DNA of 64,000 nucleotides, taken from assembly GCA_038087875.1 (NCBI GenBank), contig CM075989.1:2046001-2110000 (forward strand), given 5' to 3'. The first letter of the stretch is position 1; each line of letters starts with the position of its first letter. Positions 1 to 11,703 of this stretch are shown piece after piece. Origin of the DNA: Malacoraja senta (taxonomy: Eukaryota). The position numbers were made by a program, and so were the translations under genes. Under the pieces are notes generated by a model. It worked only from the letters and a program-made list of their open reading frames with translations, searched no databases and was not told the origin of the DNA.

Positions 1-675
1 TGACTATGCTAGCCAAGATGCCTTGCCTAAACTAGTCCCATTTACCCACATTTGACACATATCTCTTTTCTATCCATGTACCTGCCTAAGTGTCTTTTAA
101 ATCCTGTTATAGTACCTGTCTCAGCTACTTCCTCTGGCAGCTTGTTCCATATACTCACCACCTTCTGAGTAAAAATGTTGCCCCTTAAAGGTTCCTATTA
201 AATCTTGCCTCTCGCAACTTAAACCCATGTCCTCTGGTTCTTGCCTCTCTGACTCTGGGTAAAAGACTGTGCATTCATCATACTTCTTCCCCTCATCATT
301 TTATGCACCTTTATAAGTTCACACCTCCGCCTCCTGTGCTCCAAAGAATAAAATCCTAGCCTACCCTACCCCTCCCCAAAGCTCAGGCCCTCAAGTACTG
401 GAAACATCCTCGTAAATCTTCTCTGCCCACTTTCCAGCTAAATGATATCCTTGCTGTGGAAGAGTGACCAAAACCGAGCACTGTTCTCCAAATGTGGCCT
501 CATCTGTAACATAATGTTCCAACTTCTGTACAAAATACCTTGTCCGATGGAGGCCAATGTACCAAAAGCTTCCTTCACCACTCTATCGAATGCAGTGACA
601 CGTTGAGGAAACTGTGTACTTACACCCCTAGATCCCTCTGCTCTACTGGGCCCTGCCATTCACTGTGAGGGTCCT
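1..675 (-). mobile_element. CR1/HER1-type LINE 3' fragment (RT C-terminus and 3' UTR), degenerate
   Basis: ORF 438..659(-) reads VVKEAFGTLASIGQGILYRSWNIMLQMRPHLE..FWS, a typical CR1 ORF2 C-terminal motif. The 3' UTR matches other CR1 copies in the window. Confidence 0.85.
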
Positions 676-832
676 GCTCACATTTATTTATTGACTAATA
701 TTGCATGAGGCAAGTGTCACTGACAGGGAATGCCGGTGAGGGTCGGCCACATATAATCGCCCATCCTAATTACTATTGCACCACAGCACCCGTCTTATGT
801 TAATGCGGACGGGCTTGCAGCTTCCGGGTGGC

Positions 833-958
833 CAGGGTTATGGGGAGAAGGCAGGAGAATGGGGTTGAGTCGGAAAGTTAGATCAGCCATGGTTGAATTG
901 CAGAGTCGACTTGTTGGGCCGAATGGCCTAATTCTGGTCCTATAACTTAATGACCATA
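833..958 (+). mobile_element. CR1 3' UTR fragment
   Basis: GGGTTATGGGGAGAAGGCAGGAGAATGGGGTTGAG...GGGCCGAATGGCCTAATTCTG, shared with CR1 ends at 40560-40670 and 54360-54480. Confidence 0.75.
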
Positions 959-1579
959 TGAATTCATGAATGTGGCAGTGATGAAGAAATGGTGATATGT
1001 TTTCAAGTCTGATTGGTTCGCTCGCTGGTGTGTCAGACAACGTTCTTGCATCGCTTTGCCGCAGCCAGTGCCACATCTGTGCCTCTGTGGAGATGGTCCA
1101 CAGTGCCTGCCTCTCTGCCCCAAGTCAGTAGGTGGGCCGTTGTCTGTACCTCTCTGATTGGTATACAAGTGGAGGAAGCGATGGCTGGTGGTGTTCCCAT
1201 GTGCCTGCTGCCCTTGTCCTTGTTGGTAGAGGAGCCGGGTTTTGGGCGATGGGATGGGAGTAGTGTGGGTGAGTAACTGTACATGCTGTGGCCACAGTGT
1301 ATGGTGAAGAGGTTCAGTCGACATTTGCTGCTGACAGTGGCACTTCCTTACTGAGAAAAACCCGAGATGGATGAGTTTGCATCTCCAGTTTGCGGATGTG
1401 ACGGGGTTGTACACACAACATGCACAGGTTCCGGTGAGTGAGCCGTGTGCGGAGAGGGGAATGCCGGTGACGATTGGCCACATCCCCACAGCCGGCCTGG
1501 CTCCTGCACCTCGCAACCCGAGATATGTCACGTAGCGACAGAAAACTCCTGAGATGGAACTTGGTGGAATTATCCAGTG

Positions 1580-2299
1580 GGCGGGCCGCCGAGAGTGGGG
1601 GGGGGGGGGGGAACAGGAGTGAGAGGGGGGGGTCGCCAAGAGTGAGGGGGGGCCATCGAGAGTGAGGGGGGGTGCCGAGAGTAAGTGGGGGAGCACCGGG
1701 AGTGAGGGGGGGGGCACTGAGAGTAAGCGGGGGTGCATTTAGAGTGGGGGGGGCCAAGAGTGATGGGGGGGCACCAATGGTGAAGGGGCCACCGAGAGTG
1801 AGGATGGGGGGTGGCGAGAAGGAGGGGGTGCATTGAGAGGGAGGGGGGGGCACCAATGGTGAAGGGGCCACCGAGAGTGAGGATGGGGGGTGGCGAGAAG
1901 GAGGGGGTGCATTGAGAGGGAGGGGGGGGCGGGGCACCAAGTGTGAGGGGGGGGGCACCGAGAATGAGGAGGAGGTTGCCGTGAGTGAGGGGGGTGGCCG
2001 TTGAGAGTGAGGGGGCCATCGGAGAGCGAGGAGAGGCCCGCGCTGCCATTGGCGAACAGAGCCGTCAAGAGCAAGGAGGCCCATGGAGAGCGAGGGGAGG
2101 GGCGCTGAGAACGGCGGCAGGCCTGTTTCGCCTCGGCGAGGAAATAAAAACGATTCGATGAACTTTTTGTAACTTTGTCAGCACCAGAAGCGTGGCGACA
2201 CTTGTGTACGGCCTAGATGGGGTTGCAGGCAAAACCAAGCATTTGACTGTACCCAGGTACATGAGACAATGAAGTATCATTAAATCATTGAACTGAACT
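1580..2299 (+). mobile_element. G-rich non-autonomous retroelement-like sequence with Rex/Babar-type 3' tail; contains a 79-bp tandem duplication
   Basis: Degenerate GAGAGTGAGGGGGG units. CACCAATGG recurs at 1772 and 1851 (period 79). It ends in GCATTTGACTGTACCCAGGTACATGAGACAATGAA, like the tails at 18935, 36185 and 54170. Confidence 0.5.
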
Positions 2300-2705
2300 C
2301 CAGTGCCACTGTAGTCTCAATGCACAAAGACTACTGCAATGCTCACTACCTTCCCAGAGGACAATGTTCCAACTCCAGCTTGTTGATAAAACCTGTTTGG
2401 ATAACCTATCCATTCAAGCGTTGTCAAACCCTGAGTTGCTGGCTCAGCCCTGAAGTTTGTCATAATACATGGAAGGTGCCAGCATTTCAGGGAAAAGTTC
2501 CAAGTTTCTCCTCCAGTCGCTGCTCGAGCTCTTTGAAGCAACGTTTCCCAAGCCCCTGCCGCCCCTGCCCCGAATACCTGTCCACAGGTGACACAGACTG
2601 GGGAATGTGACCCTCACAGTCCACCAAGACACCATCCAGTGCCCGTACTCTGACACTGGGCGTTTAGTACATGCGGTACAAAATGGTACATCTTCTGCAT
2701 TGTGC

Positions 2706-3010
2706 GGCACGGTGGCGCAGCGGTAGAGTTGCTGCCACACAGCGCCAGAGACCCACGTTCGATCCTGACTATGGGTGCTGTCTGTACGGAGTTTGTACCT
2801 TCTCCCCGTGACCTGTGAGGGTTTTCTCCGGTTGCTCCAGTTTCATCCCACACAACAAAGACGTACAGGTTTGTAGGTTAATTGACTTGGTTTAATTGTA
2901 AATTGTTCCGTGTGTGAAGGATGGTGTTAGTGCGTGGGGATCGCTGGTCAGCGCGGACTCAGTGGGCCAAAGGGCCTGTTTCCCATGCTGTATCTCTAAA
3001 CTTAACTAAC
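2706..3010 (+). mobile_element. HE1-type tRNA-derived V-SINE
   Basis: A-box TGGCGCAGCGG, B-box-like GTTCGATCC, central GGAGTTTGTAC..TCTCCCCGTGAC domain, CR1-like tail GGGCCAAAGGGCCTGTTTCC..CTAAAC. Confidence 0.85.
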
Positions 3011-3028
3011 CTCTCTAAAGCCTTCATT

Positions 3029-3160
3029 TGTAGGAAGGAACTGTAGATGCTGGTTTAAAATGGTTAGTCTGAAGAAGGGTCTCGACCCGAAACGTCACCC
3101 ATTCCTTCTCTCCAGAGATGCTGCCTGTCCCGCTGAGTTACTTCAGCTTTTTGTGCCTAT
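3029..3160. mobile_element. Penelope-like element terminal fragments; intact minimal hammerhead motif at 3066-3099 (+)
   Basis: AGTCTGAAGAAGGGTCTCGACCCGAAACGTCACC, the same motif as in the 3' UTR of the PLE at 24925-24958. Confidence 0.75.
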
Positions 3161-3545
3161 CTAACAGCTTCTTAAACACCGCTATTGTAACCGCCTCCAC
3201 CACCACCCCTGGCAGCATGTTCCAGGCACCCACCTCTCTCTACATTCAAGTTATGCCCTGCATATCTCCTTTAAACTTCGCCCCTCTCACCTTAAATCTA
3301 TGCCCTCTGGTCTTTGACATTTCCTGCGGAAAAGGTTCTGACTGTCTACCACATCTATGCCTCTCATAATTTTATATATATACCTCCATCAGGTCTCCCC
3401 TCAGCCTCTGACTAGAGAAACCAATCCAAATATGTCCGACCTCTCCTGGGAGCTTCTACCCACTAATCCAGGCAGCATCCTGGTAAAACCTCTTCTGCAT
3501 CCTCTCCAAAGCCTCCTTGTACTGGGGTGCCCAGAACTGTACAGT
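3155..3545 (-). mobile_element. CR1 3' fragment
   Basis: Antisense CR1 blocks CCCCTGGCAGCATGTTCCAGGCACCCACC, CCTCTCATAATTTTATA and AATCCAGGCAGCATCCTGGTAAA. Confidence 0.7.
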
Positions 3546-4002
3546 GAGATAATACTGGTACCATTGGAATCATGGAAGGGACAATGTCAAAATGCCAGAA
3601 GCAAGTGGATAAACATTGATCTGTAACAGCTCCCAGTTTTACCTTTAATAAGAACACATTGCTCTTTCTGCAAGCAGCGTATTTCTGGAAATTTCAATTG
3701 TGAAATTGCATGTGCTCTGTTCACAATATATATTTTTTCAATATGAGTCCTTTTATGTCGCTCTCTGTCTGATTAATACCAAATCATAAACACATCAAAA
3801 TGCTGGATAATCACCAAAATAAAACGTATGCAGCGTGCTAAAAATGGAATTAGCACATCGATTTTATTCAATCAGAGCTCACGTCACTCTTCAAACTATC
3901 TACATCTACCTCTGCAAAGACGACACTTTACTGTAAAACATGAAGTGGGAGTAGGCTACAGAGTTGAACAAAGCCCATCCAACCATCCTATTAGATCATG
4001 GC

Positions 4003-4686
4003 TGAAGGTAGACACAAATAGCTGGAGTATCTCAGCGGGACAGGCAGCATCTCGGGAGAGAAGGAATGGGTAATGTTTCAGGTCGAGACCCTTCTCCATA
4101 CTGGTTAGGGATAAGGGAAATGAGAGATATAGACGATGATGCAGAGAGATAAAGAACAATGAGAGGAAACAGGCCATTGTTAGCTGTTTGTTGGGAGAAA
4201 ACGAGAAGCTGATGCGACTTGGGTGGGGGTGGGGGAGGGACAGAGAGAGAGGGAATGCCCAGGTTACATGAAGTGAGAGAAATCAAAATCATACCACTGG
4301 GCTGTAAGCTGCCCAAGCGAAATATGAGACCTAAAGTTAGAGACATCAACATTCATACCATTGGCCTGAAGTTATACCCTCTCTCTCTATCCCTCCCCCA
4401 CCCAAGTCGCACTAGCTTCTCGTTTTCTCCAATACAAACAGCTAACAATGACCTGTTTCCTTTATCATCTTTACTTTTTTGCATATCTTTCATTCATTGT
4501 TCTTTATCTCTCTACATTATCGTCTATATCTCTAATTTCCTTTATCCCTAACCAGTCTGAAGAAGGGTCTCGACCCGAAACATCACCCTTTCCTTCTCTC
4601 CAGAGATGCTGCCTGTCCCGCTGAGTTACTCCAGCATTGTGTCTCCATTTTTGGTTTAAACCAGCATCTGCAGTTCCTTCCGACAC
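4003..4686. mobile_element. Inverted pair of Penelope-like 3' termini
   Basis: A minus-strand copy (~4003-4330) is followed by a plus-strand copy (~4372-4686) of the same terminus. The arms are reverse-complementary over roughly 250 bp. Confidence 0.8.
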
Positions 4687-4818
4687 AAATTGTGGCTGAT
4701 CCAGGTGCCAATCCCTGTGTTGAATGGTTCATGAATATATTGATAGAATCCTTGCTGTAGGTGCAGTCTACCTAACACTGAATTCTCATCCCACACCCCT
4801 GTCAGTGTAACTGCTGAT

Positions 4819-5420
4819 TGTAGACACAAAATGTTGGAGTAACACAACGGGACAGGCAGCATCTCTAGAGAGAAGGAATGGGTGATATTTTGGGTCGAGA
4901 CCTTTCTTCAGACTGAGAGCCAGGGGAGGGGGAGAGGGAGACACAGAGATATGGAAGGGTACAAAGAGCATGCAAGGTGTGAAAAGGATAGATCAAAGCA
5001 GACGATGTTGAAGAAATTATACAATGGTTCATTGTTGAACGAGGGGAAGGTGACAAAAAGGCATCCAAACTAAAATTAATCAGGACAACAGTGAAACTAG
5101 TCAGAGAATCGGGGAGGGACACAGAGAGAGAGAGGGAAAGCAAGGATTACCTGAAGTTAGAGAAATCAATAATCATTCCACTGGGTGAAAGCTGCCTAAG
5201 CAAAATATGAGGTGCTGTTCTTCCAATCTGCGTGTGGCCTCACTCTGACATTATAGGAGGTCCAGGACAGAAAGGTCAGTGTGGGAATGGGAGGGGGAGT
5301 TGAAGTGTTTGGCAACCGGGAGATCGCGTAGGCCAAGGCGGACTGAGTGGAGGTGTTCAGCGAAACGATCGCCCAGTCTGTGCATAGTCTCGCTGAGTCC
5401 ACACATATTAACAACTGATT
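4819..5420 (-). mobile_element. Penelope-like element 3' fragment (GIY-YIG C-terminus and terminus)
   Basis: ORF 5251..5577(-) contains ETMHRLGDRFAEHLHSVR..DLPVAKHFNSPSHSHTDLSVL, a PLE GIY-YIG endonuclease motif. Confidence 0.85.
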
Positions 5421-5579
5421 GTAATGGGAAGCTCGGTACGCAGGAGTGAGCAGCGCTCCAAGAAGGGCTTCCGTTTTGGTTCCAGGTTCTAAGTTCAATC
5501 CCGGCCTTGGGCCTCTCTCCATGGAGTAACACTTTCCCCATGGCTGCGTGGATACTTGCCGGATCCTCCCATTTCATGA

Positions 5580-5910
5580 GTCACAGAAGCATAATTAAGT
5601 CATTCGGACCACTAAGTCTACTCTGCATTCAATCATGGCTGATCAATCTTTCCTGCTCAACCCCATTCTCCTGCCTTCTCCCTGACACCCTTACTAATCT
5701 GACAATCTCTGCTTTAAAAATATCCATTGACTTGCCCTCCACAGCTGTCTGCGGCAATGAATTCCACAGATTCACCACCTTCTGACAAAATTAATTCCTC
5801 CTCATCTCCTTTCTAAAGGTACCTCCTGTTATTCTGAGGCTATGGCCTCTGGCCCGAGACTCTCCCACAAGTGGAAACATCGTCTCCACATTCACTCTAT
5901 CCAGGCCCAA
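5580..5910 (-). mobile_element. CR1 3' fragment
   Basis: The antisense translation includes GLDRVNVETMFPLVGESRARGHSLRI..FRKEMRRN. Confidence 0.8.
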
Positions 5911-6024
5911 TACATTTACTCTCATACCCCAGGGATGTATTGAAGCTGTAAGTGGGGATGTGGCAAGAGAATGAGGGGTGTTAAAGGACATTTGGGAGAG
6001 TAGATGGAATGTGTGAACACAGTA

Positions 6025-6335
6025 GCTTAGAGATACGGTATTAAAACAGGCCCTTCGGCCACACTGACTACTAATCACATATTCACACCAATTCAACATT
6101 ATCCCACTTTCTCGTTGACTCCCTCCCCACTAGGGGCAATTTTAGAGAGACCATTTACACTACAAACTTGCATGACTTTGGGATGTGGGAGGAAACTGGT
6201 GCAACTGGAGGAAACCCAATCGGTCACAGTGAGAGCATGCAAACTCTGCAGCAGACAGTATCTGAGATTGGGATCCATCCCAGGACTCTGGCACTGTGAG
6301 GCCGCTGCTCTATCAGCTGAGCTACTGTGCTGCCC
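6025..6335 (-). mobile_element. Diverged HE1-type SINE
   Basis: Antisense tail AAACAGGCCCTTCGGCCA and antisense central domain GGATGTGGGAGGAAAC. Confidence 0.65.
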
Positions 6336-6959
6336 AAATGTGGGAAGATTAAAATGGCATAAGTGTAGGATCAGTGGAAATGGGTGAGTGATGGTTGGCA
6401 GGATATTGATGGGCCGAATGACCAGCTTTTAAGCTGTAGAACAGTATAACTGTAAGACAGGTAGTTGGCATGAGCCGATGGGCCGGCCACTTTCTCTGCT
6501 GCAATAAGGCATATTAAACATGTTGCAGGATTACTGGGTTTTTAATTTGAAGAGATAAGAAAACTACATTGCTGAACCTTCATCTGAAAACCCTGTGATA
6601 AATGTGAAAAGCTCACCGTGTGCGTGGGAATTGAGTTTATTGATTAAGCATGAAGAAGCGGTTTTGGCGGTGAGCCGTCTCCCAGCTGTAAATGTTTAAT
6701 GAATCGCCAGCGTTTAGGGCTGTTGAAACTGATCTGAATGTTGTAGTTGGCATGCTTGTTTACGAGGAGCCCTGCCCGCATTAGTTACACTCACCAACAG
6801 GCACTCACTTTTCCATGTCTCCTCCCTCCACCTCCCTCTCCAGGGAACCACTGCCCCCCTGCCTACCTACCTGAGGCTTCACTCACTGTGAAACCACTGC
6901 ACATCTACACAGGCATCCTTGCCCAGCAATTATAATGCATAAGATAGGCAAGGAATTAT

Positions 6960-7180
6960 AAAGGGTGATGGGTGTATGGAACGACCTGCCAGAGGAGGTA
7001 GTTGAGGCTTGGACTATCCCAATGTTTAAGAAACAATTAGACAGGTACATGGATAGGACAAGTTTGGAGGGATATGGACCAAACTTAGGCAGTTGGGACT
7101 AATGTAGCTGGGACATGTTGGCCGGTGTGGGCAAGTTGGGCCGAAGGGCCCGTTTCCACAGTGTATCACTCTATGACTCT
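6960..7180 (+). mobile_element. CR1 3' end
   Basis: GGGTGTATGGAAC..CTGCCAGAGGAGGTAGTTGAGG...GGGCCGAAGGGCCCGTTTCC..CTCTATGACTCT. Confidence 0.8.
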
Positions 7181-7402
7181 AAAAGCATGACTACATCCTG
7201 AAACTAAATATGCCCTGACTGGCTTTGAGGGATTACTAATCCATTTTATATTTGATGGGAAAAAATAATTAAAAACCATATTGAGGTAGAAATCAGAGGT
7301 CAGCAACATGTGCTAACTTTGTGGCAAACTGTGTGTACATGTGTTTTAATCTGTCTCCCAAACTTAGTCCCATTCTCTTCACTGGAACTCATTGGAAATG
7401 CG

Positions 7403-7712
7403 GGTGGCACGGTGGCGCAGCGGTAGAGCTGCTGCCTTACAGCGCCAGAAACCCGGTTCAATCCTAACTATGGAAGCTGTCTGTAGGGAGTTTGTACGTT
7501 CTCCCAGTGACCTGCGTTAGTTTTCTACGGGTTCTCCGGTTTCCTCCCACACTCCAAAGACGTACAGGTTTGTAGGTTAGTTGGCTAGGTAAAATTGTAA
7601 ATTATCCCTAGTGTGTGTAGGATAGTGTTAATGTGCGGGGATCGCTGGTTGGCGTGCACTCGGTGAGCCGAAGGGCTTATTGTCCGTGCTGCATCTCTAA
7701 ACTAAACTAAAA
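7403..7712 (+). mobile_element. HE1-type SINE
   Basis: tRNA-like head, V-domain and (CTAAA)n tail. Confidence 0.85.
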
Positions 7713-7879
7713 GACCTAAATATGTTCTCAGCTTAGCAGGAATCCATGTGGTAGTGAAGTTCTCGGTTTAGTTTCCGGTTTATTGTTGCCACGTGTACGC
7801 AGGTACAGGTACAGTTTTATTTTGCATTCTATCCAATATGCCGTCACGCCCTCCCTTAGAACCACTCTGATCATTATTA

Positions 7880-8735
7880 TCAGCAGATAGGCCAGACAAT
7901 CAGCACCCTTCACCCTTTTTTATTTTATTTTGTAGTCCTGTTAAAAAACAAAATGTTAGTTGGAGGTCTTTTATGTGGTGGGTGGGGGAGGGGAAGGGGG
8001 AAACTTTGTTTCCTAGTCCCTACCTGGTCAGAGAGGCGGCTTCCCTCCGAGTTGTTTCTTCGCCCCTTCCTCGCGGCCTACCATCGGACTGGAGCGACGT
8101 TTCCTGTCGGGACCGGCCGGGACTACAGCTTCGGCAGCGGCACAGTGCTGGGTCACCATCATGGAGCGGGCGATGACTTACCGGGTCGCCGTGCGGTAAG
8201 CTCCGGAGTGCTGCGACTGCCGACTCCAACATCGAGTAGCTGCGGTCTGCGGAGCGTTCAGCCGCGGGCGGCGCTGGATTTGGAACACCGCTGAGCCTGG
8301 GATCGAGATAGCCGGGCTCGGAGTTCCAACCGGCGCGGCCTGAGGACTTCGGGAGCCGCGGTCTCCGGGGAGGAGGCAGCGCTCCAGACTTTCCAAGCTC
8401 TGAGGAATGTTTACCCGACGCCGGAGTTCCAGCTTCACTGCAAGAGGGCCTGAAAACATCGGACTGGCTGCAAGGCCACAAATGGCCCCCGACCTCGGGT
8501 GGTCACAGAGGAAGAGGACTAAACTTTCTGGTGCCTTTCCCCACAGTGGAACATTTTGATTCTGTTGTGGGGGGTGACGTTCATGTTGAACTCTATAATG
8601 TGTTGTGTCAATTTTTCTTTTTTTAATCTTTTTCTATGGATGTACGGAAACTTATTATTTATTTTATGTAAAGCACTTTGGTTTCAACGTGAGCTGATTT
8701 AAAACGTGCTATATAAATAAAACTTACTTACTTAC
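7880..8735 (+). mobile_element. GC-rich long SINE-like element (copy A) with L2-type 3' tail
   Basis: T-rich/G-run head and CpG-rich body. The end TGTAAAGCACTTTGG...GTGCTATATAAATAAA(ACTT)n resembles the L2 tail at 51839-51928. Confidence 0.65.
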
Positions 8736-8827
8736 ACAAACAATGACTTATTTAGTTTGAAGGTAGACACAATGGAGAGAAGGAATGGGTGACGTTTCGG
8801 GTCAAGACCATTCTTCAGACTTCAAAC

Positions 8828-9930
8828 TTATTTAGTTTATTTAGTTTGCTTTAGAGATACAGTGTGGAAACAGACCCTTTGGCCACGAGTCCATGCCGTC
8901 TAACGACCACGTGCACTAACGCTATCGTAGTTCAAGTTCAAGTTTCAAGTTTACATTTATTGTCGCGTGCACCAGTTGGTACAGTGACATTTGAGTTACC
9001 GTACAGCCATACGAATAAACAGAGAACACAATACATGATAGAATTTAACATGAACATCCCCACACAGCGGAATCAGCGTTTCCCACTGTGAGGGAAGGCA
9101 CTAACGTTCAGTCATCTTCCTCTTTGTTCACCCGTGGTCGGGGCCTCCCGAGCCCTCCACAGTCGCCACTACGGCAGCCCGATGTTCAGGCCCTCTCGCT
9201 GGGATAACGGAACTCCGATGTCGGAATGGAAGAACACACTCAGCGGCTTGGAGTTCCGAATTGGCCACATCCTATCGGAGACCGCGGCTCCCGAAGTCCA
9301 CAGGCCGAGCTGGGCGGAGATTCAACACTGGCCGCCCTCGGCAAAGGGATCACCAGGACGCCGCGATGTTGAAGTCAGCGCTGCCCGCGGCTGGAAGCTC
9401 CGCAACCACAGCTCCACGATGATAAAGCAGCAGGCCCAACACTCCGGAGCTTCAACAGGCGATCCCCGGTAAGGCATCGCCCGTTCCGCGATGGCAAATC
9501 AGCGCTGCGCCGCTGCTGAAGCTCTTGTCGGTCACTGGCAGGAAAGGCCTCGCCAATCCAGATGGTAGGCCGTGGGGGGGGGGGGGAGGGGGGCGAAGAC
9601 GCATCTCGGAGAATAGTCGCATCCTCGCCAGGAAGTGACTGCGAAACGGTTTTCCCCTTACCCTCCCCACCTCCCCCACATAAAAAGACTTAGAAATCCC
9701 TAAAACATACTTTTTAAACAGACTAAAAATAACAAAAGATGAGAAAACAGACAGACTGTAGGCAGAGGCTACCTGGTGGTTTACACACACTACAGACTAT
9801 TTGCAATTTTACCAAATCCAATTGACCAACAAACCTCCACTTCTTCGGAATGTGGGAGGGAACCGGAGCATCCGAGGAAAACCCAGGTGGTCATGGGGAG
9901 AACGTACAAACTCCGTACAGACCACGTCAG
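8828..9930 (-). mobile_element. HE1-type SINE split by the element at 8929-9770
   Basis: The SINE tail portion (~8828-8928) resumes at ~9782 with TACACACACTA...GGAATGTGGGAGGGAACCGGAGCA. Confidence 0.7.
8929..9770 (-). mobile_element. GC-rich long SINE-like element (copy B) with Rex/Babar-type tail
   Basis: Head and subterminal block are homologous to copy A. The minus-strand end reads TCACTGTAC..GTGCACGCGACAATAAA..(AACTTG)n. Confidence 0.65.
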
Positions 9931-10150
9931 GATGAAGGGGAAAAGGTTTAATAGGAATCTGAGGGGTCATTTTTTCGCACAAAGGGTGGTGGGTGTATGG
10001 AACAAGCTGCTGGAGGGGGTAGTTGAGGCTGGGACTGTCCCAACGTTTAAGAAACTGTTAGACAGGTGGTGGGACTAGTATACCTGGGACATGTGGGCAA
10101 GTTGCGCTGAAGGGCCTGTTTCCATGCAGTATCACTCTATGACTCTATGA
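9928..10150 (+). mobile_element. CR1 3' end
   Basis: Translates RMKGKRFNRNLRGHFFAQRVVGVWNKL, followed by the CR1 tail. Confidence 0.8.
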
Positions 10151-10276
10151 TGAAGAACCTTCCTGCCACAGTCCTGAATGGCCACTGTTTTGAGACTGTG
10201 ATCTTTGCTTTTAGACATCCCAGCCAGGGGACACATCAATTTGACATCCACCCAGTCAAACTCCGTCAGAATGTTA

Positions 10277-10371
10277 GGTACACAAAAATGCTGGAGAAAC
10301 TCAGCGGGTGCAGCAGCATCTATGGAGCGAAGGAAATAGGTAACGTTTCGGGCCGAAACCCTTCTTCAGAC
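10277..10371 (-). mobile_element. 95-bp Penelope-terminus mini-element with hammerhead motif and 14-bp TSD
   Basis: TSD CCGTCAGAATGTTA at 10263-10276 and 10372-10385. The insert is identical to 19068-19162. Confidence 0.85.
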
Positions 10372-10539
10372 CCGTCAGAATGTTATTTGTTGCAGCAAGA
10401 TGTCCTCTTGTTCCTCTAAAAACAAGAGCATACATGCCCTATCTATTCAATCTGCTCTCAGAAGACAACCCCACCATTCCAGGAATCAATCAGCCTTCAG
10501 TGAACTCCATGTAAGGATATATTTTCTTCCAGTGAGACC

Positions 10540-10856
10540 ACAGGTGGCGCAGCGGTAGAGTTGCTGCCTCACAGCACCAGAGACCTGGGTTGGATCATAA
10601 CTACCGGTGCTGTCTGTACGGAGTTTGCACGTTCTCCCCGTGACTTGCGTGGGTTTTCTCGGAGATCTCCAGTTTACTCCCACACTCCAAAAACGTACAT
10701 GGTTTGTAGGTTAATTGGCTTGGTAAATGTAAAAACTGTCCCTCGTGAGTGTAGTGTGTTCAGGATTGTACATGTGCGAGGATCGCTGGTTGGTGCGGAC
10801 ACGGTGGGCCGAAGGGCCTGTTTCTGTGCTGTATCTCTAAACTAAACTAAACTAAA
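10540..10856 (+). mobile_element. HE1-type SINE
   Basis: GGTGGCGCAGCGGTAGAG head and (CTAAA)n tail. Confidence 0.85.
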
Positions 10857-10872
10857 TCTGTGCACAATATTC

Positions 10873-11393
10873 AATAGACAATAGACAATAGGTGCAGGAG
10901 TAAGCCATTCGGCCCTTGGAGCCAGCATCGCCATTCAATGTGATCATGGCTGATCATCCCCAATCAGTACCCCATTCCTGCCTTCTCCCCATATCCACTG
11001 ACTCCGCTATTTTTAAGAGCCTTATCTAGCTCTCTCTTGAAAGCATCCAGAGAACCTGCCTCCACCTCTTTTTCTCACAGAGAGTGGTGAGTGGAATTCT
11101 CTGAGGCAGAGAATTCCACAGACTCACCACTCTCTGTGAGAAAAAGTGTTTCCTCATCTCCATTCTAAATGGCTTACCCCTTATTCTTAAACTGTGGCCC
11201 CTGGTTCTGGACTCCCCCAACATCGGGAACATGTTTCCTGCCTCTAGTGTGTCCAAGCCCTTAACAATCTTATATGTTTCAATGAGATACCCTCTCATCC
11301 TTCTAAACTCCAGAGTGTACAAGCCCAGCTGCTCCATTCTCTCAGCATATGACGGTCCCGCCATCCCGGGAATTAACCTTGTAAACCTACGCT
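10873..11393 (-). mobile_element. CR1 3' fragment
   Basis: ORF 11026..11364(-) reads SYAERMEQLGLYTLEFRRMRG..GESRTRGHSLRI; (CTATTGT)n tail. Confidence 0.9.
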
Positions 11394-11703
11394 GTTCACT
11401 TGCAGTCTCAGTAGAGACCTTTATAGTTGTACTAAGTTTTTATCTATAAAGGCAAACCTATGGTGGGTAGCTGACAACCATATGGTATGAACATTGAATT
11501 CTCCAATTTTGCATAATGCCACCCCATCTCCCTATGCTTTCTTGTGCCTCCCCACTACAGTGGGCACCCATTTTCCCCATTGCCCTGTTGTCCCTGCCCC
11601 CACTCCCTCCTCGTCTGCCTATATCCCTCCCTCTGGCCTTACGTTTCACTTCTGTTCCCTCTTTATCTGACAGCCTTATGTCTCCTTTTCATCTCTGGTC
11701 TTT

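Noticed and set aside
1330..1590. Possible promoter or first exon (CCAAT, GC-box and ETS-like motifs, CCG|GTGAGT)
   Set aside because: Only short motifs, with no recognisable product in any frame. It cannot be supported without expression data.
947..2084. Long proline-rich ORFs on the minus strand (263, 256 and 159 aa)
   Set aside because: They arise from the C-rich complement of a G-run minisatellite. They are open in several frames and contain no recognisable domain.
2706..2775. tRNA gene
   Set aside because: The A/B boxes belong to a multi-copy HE1 SINE head that continues into the V-domain and LINE tail.
7953..8481. CpG island or GC-rich ORFs as a host gene or promoter (also 9134-9790 and 28776-29345)
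   Set aside because: They lie within related interspersed elements that end in LINE-type tails.
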